Source: Eledone cirrhosa (lineage: Eukaryota). Taken from it: a DNA stretch of 64,000 bases. The position numbers were made by a program, and so were the translations under genes. A model generated the notes under the pieces. It ran no database searches, was not told where the DNA came from, and saw only the letters and a list, made by a program, of their open reading frames with translations. This document shows positions 63,032 to 64,000 of the stretch, in pieces. The stretch's first letter is position 1; every line of letters starts with the position of its first letter. The stretch is from assembly GCA_964016885.1 (NCBI GenBank), contig OZ024754.1, positions 15,314,001 to 15,378,000 on the forward strand. The letters are read 5' to 3'.

Positions 63032-64000
63032 GGGTGTCATATTAAGTTCTGGTATTTATACATTTAGGTAGTGGTAAGGGAGGGGTGGTGGATTGGGGTT
63101 GGGGGGGGGGGGGTATTTAGATACATAGGACCACTTCATGGCACAGGCCGTTTTTTCTTTGGGGAGTGGTCAATTAGCCAGAGTGCTTTTTGAAATAAAT
63201 AAATAAGTAAATAAATAAATAAATGAATAAATAAATAGATAAATGAATAAATAAATAAAATAAATAAAAAATAAATAAATAAAAAAAAGTAATTCAACAA
63301 ATATACAGTAGGGAAATTTTTTAGGTGGGTTGGTAATAGAAATTAAACATTTAACAAGACCGAATCATGGCACAGACTGGGGTGAGTGGTCAAGTTAACA
63401 TACAAGCCACAGGTAGAATGGAAAGAATAAAATATATTTACATACTCACAACCACATACAAAAACACTTACACACACATACCTATATATATATATAAAAT
63501 CAATAATAATGAGTTCAAATCTCAGGCGATCATTTACAATGAAATAGCTCGAAGAAAGACTATTCTGAGCCGTGTAATATAGGTTAACTCAAATCAATAT
63601 ATTTGATAAACAAATCCTCATATTTATGTATGTATTGTAAATGACCAAGTTAGCTAGATAGAAATATACTAATAATAATATTACAGTTTGCCTATCATGA
63701 CTTAAGATAATACATCATAAATCAACAAAAACAAATTGTATTGGCAATGGCCGTGGTGCTTGGACAAATTTCAATTTCAAAATCAAACCTGTTCCGTAGA
63801 CAGGTTTAAACCTTAAAATCCAAATATGTTTCGAATAATGAAAAAGTGGAGGGAATACCGCATTTTGATCTCCTCAGCATTTGATCTCCTCTTGCTTTAT
63901 CTTCATAGACTACCAACGCTTCATGTTTGTCTTTATTTTCATTCTTGTTTTTATTTTATTTTTATCCTGTAACCTTTATATGTAAATTGCCATGCTATAT

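Noticed and set aside
63815-63885. Minus-strand CTGAGGA...GAAACATAT hammerhead candidate
   Set aside because: Helices I and II pair poorly and there is no proper NUH site.

Overview
Repeat-dense, AT-rich animal genomic DNA (probably a cephalopod, inferred from the SINE/LINE content and the heavy (TA)n/(CA)n load). I could not support any host protein-coding gene. The window is a nested retroelement field sorted by microsatellite type. (1) In (TAA)n/(ATT)n tracts at about 4.5-29.4 kb: three R4/Dong-like RT+RLE elements, two near-identical full-length Tx1/L1-clade LINEs in opposite orientation, tRNA-derived SINEs and a Penelope-like element (PLE). (2) In (GATA)n tracts at 30.3-43.2 kb: a head-to-tail stack of five related Tx1-like LINE copies plus a 25-nt Tx1 3' end fused to a SINE. 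(3) Mostly next to (TA)n tracts: PLE remnants with more than a dozen complete or partial hammerhead-ribozyme motifs, several with non-canonical cores and long helix II insertions. The main candidates for new biology are a non-coding 892-bp retrozyme-like element with two hammerheads 593 nt apart (54498-55389), a Tx1 lineage that appears to have switched between (ATT)n and (TATC)n targets, and a SINE whose 3' end matches the Tx1 3' end. All RNA structures were paired by eye and no searches were run.
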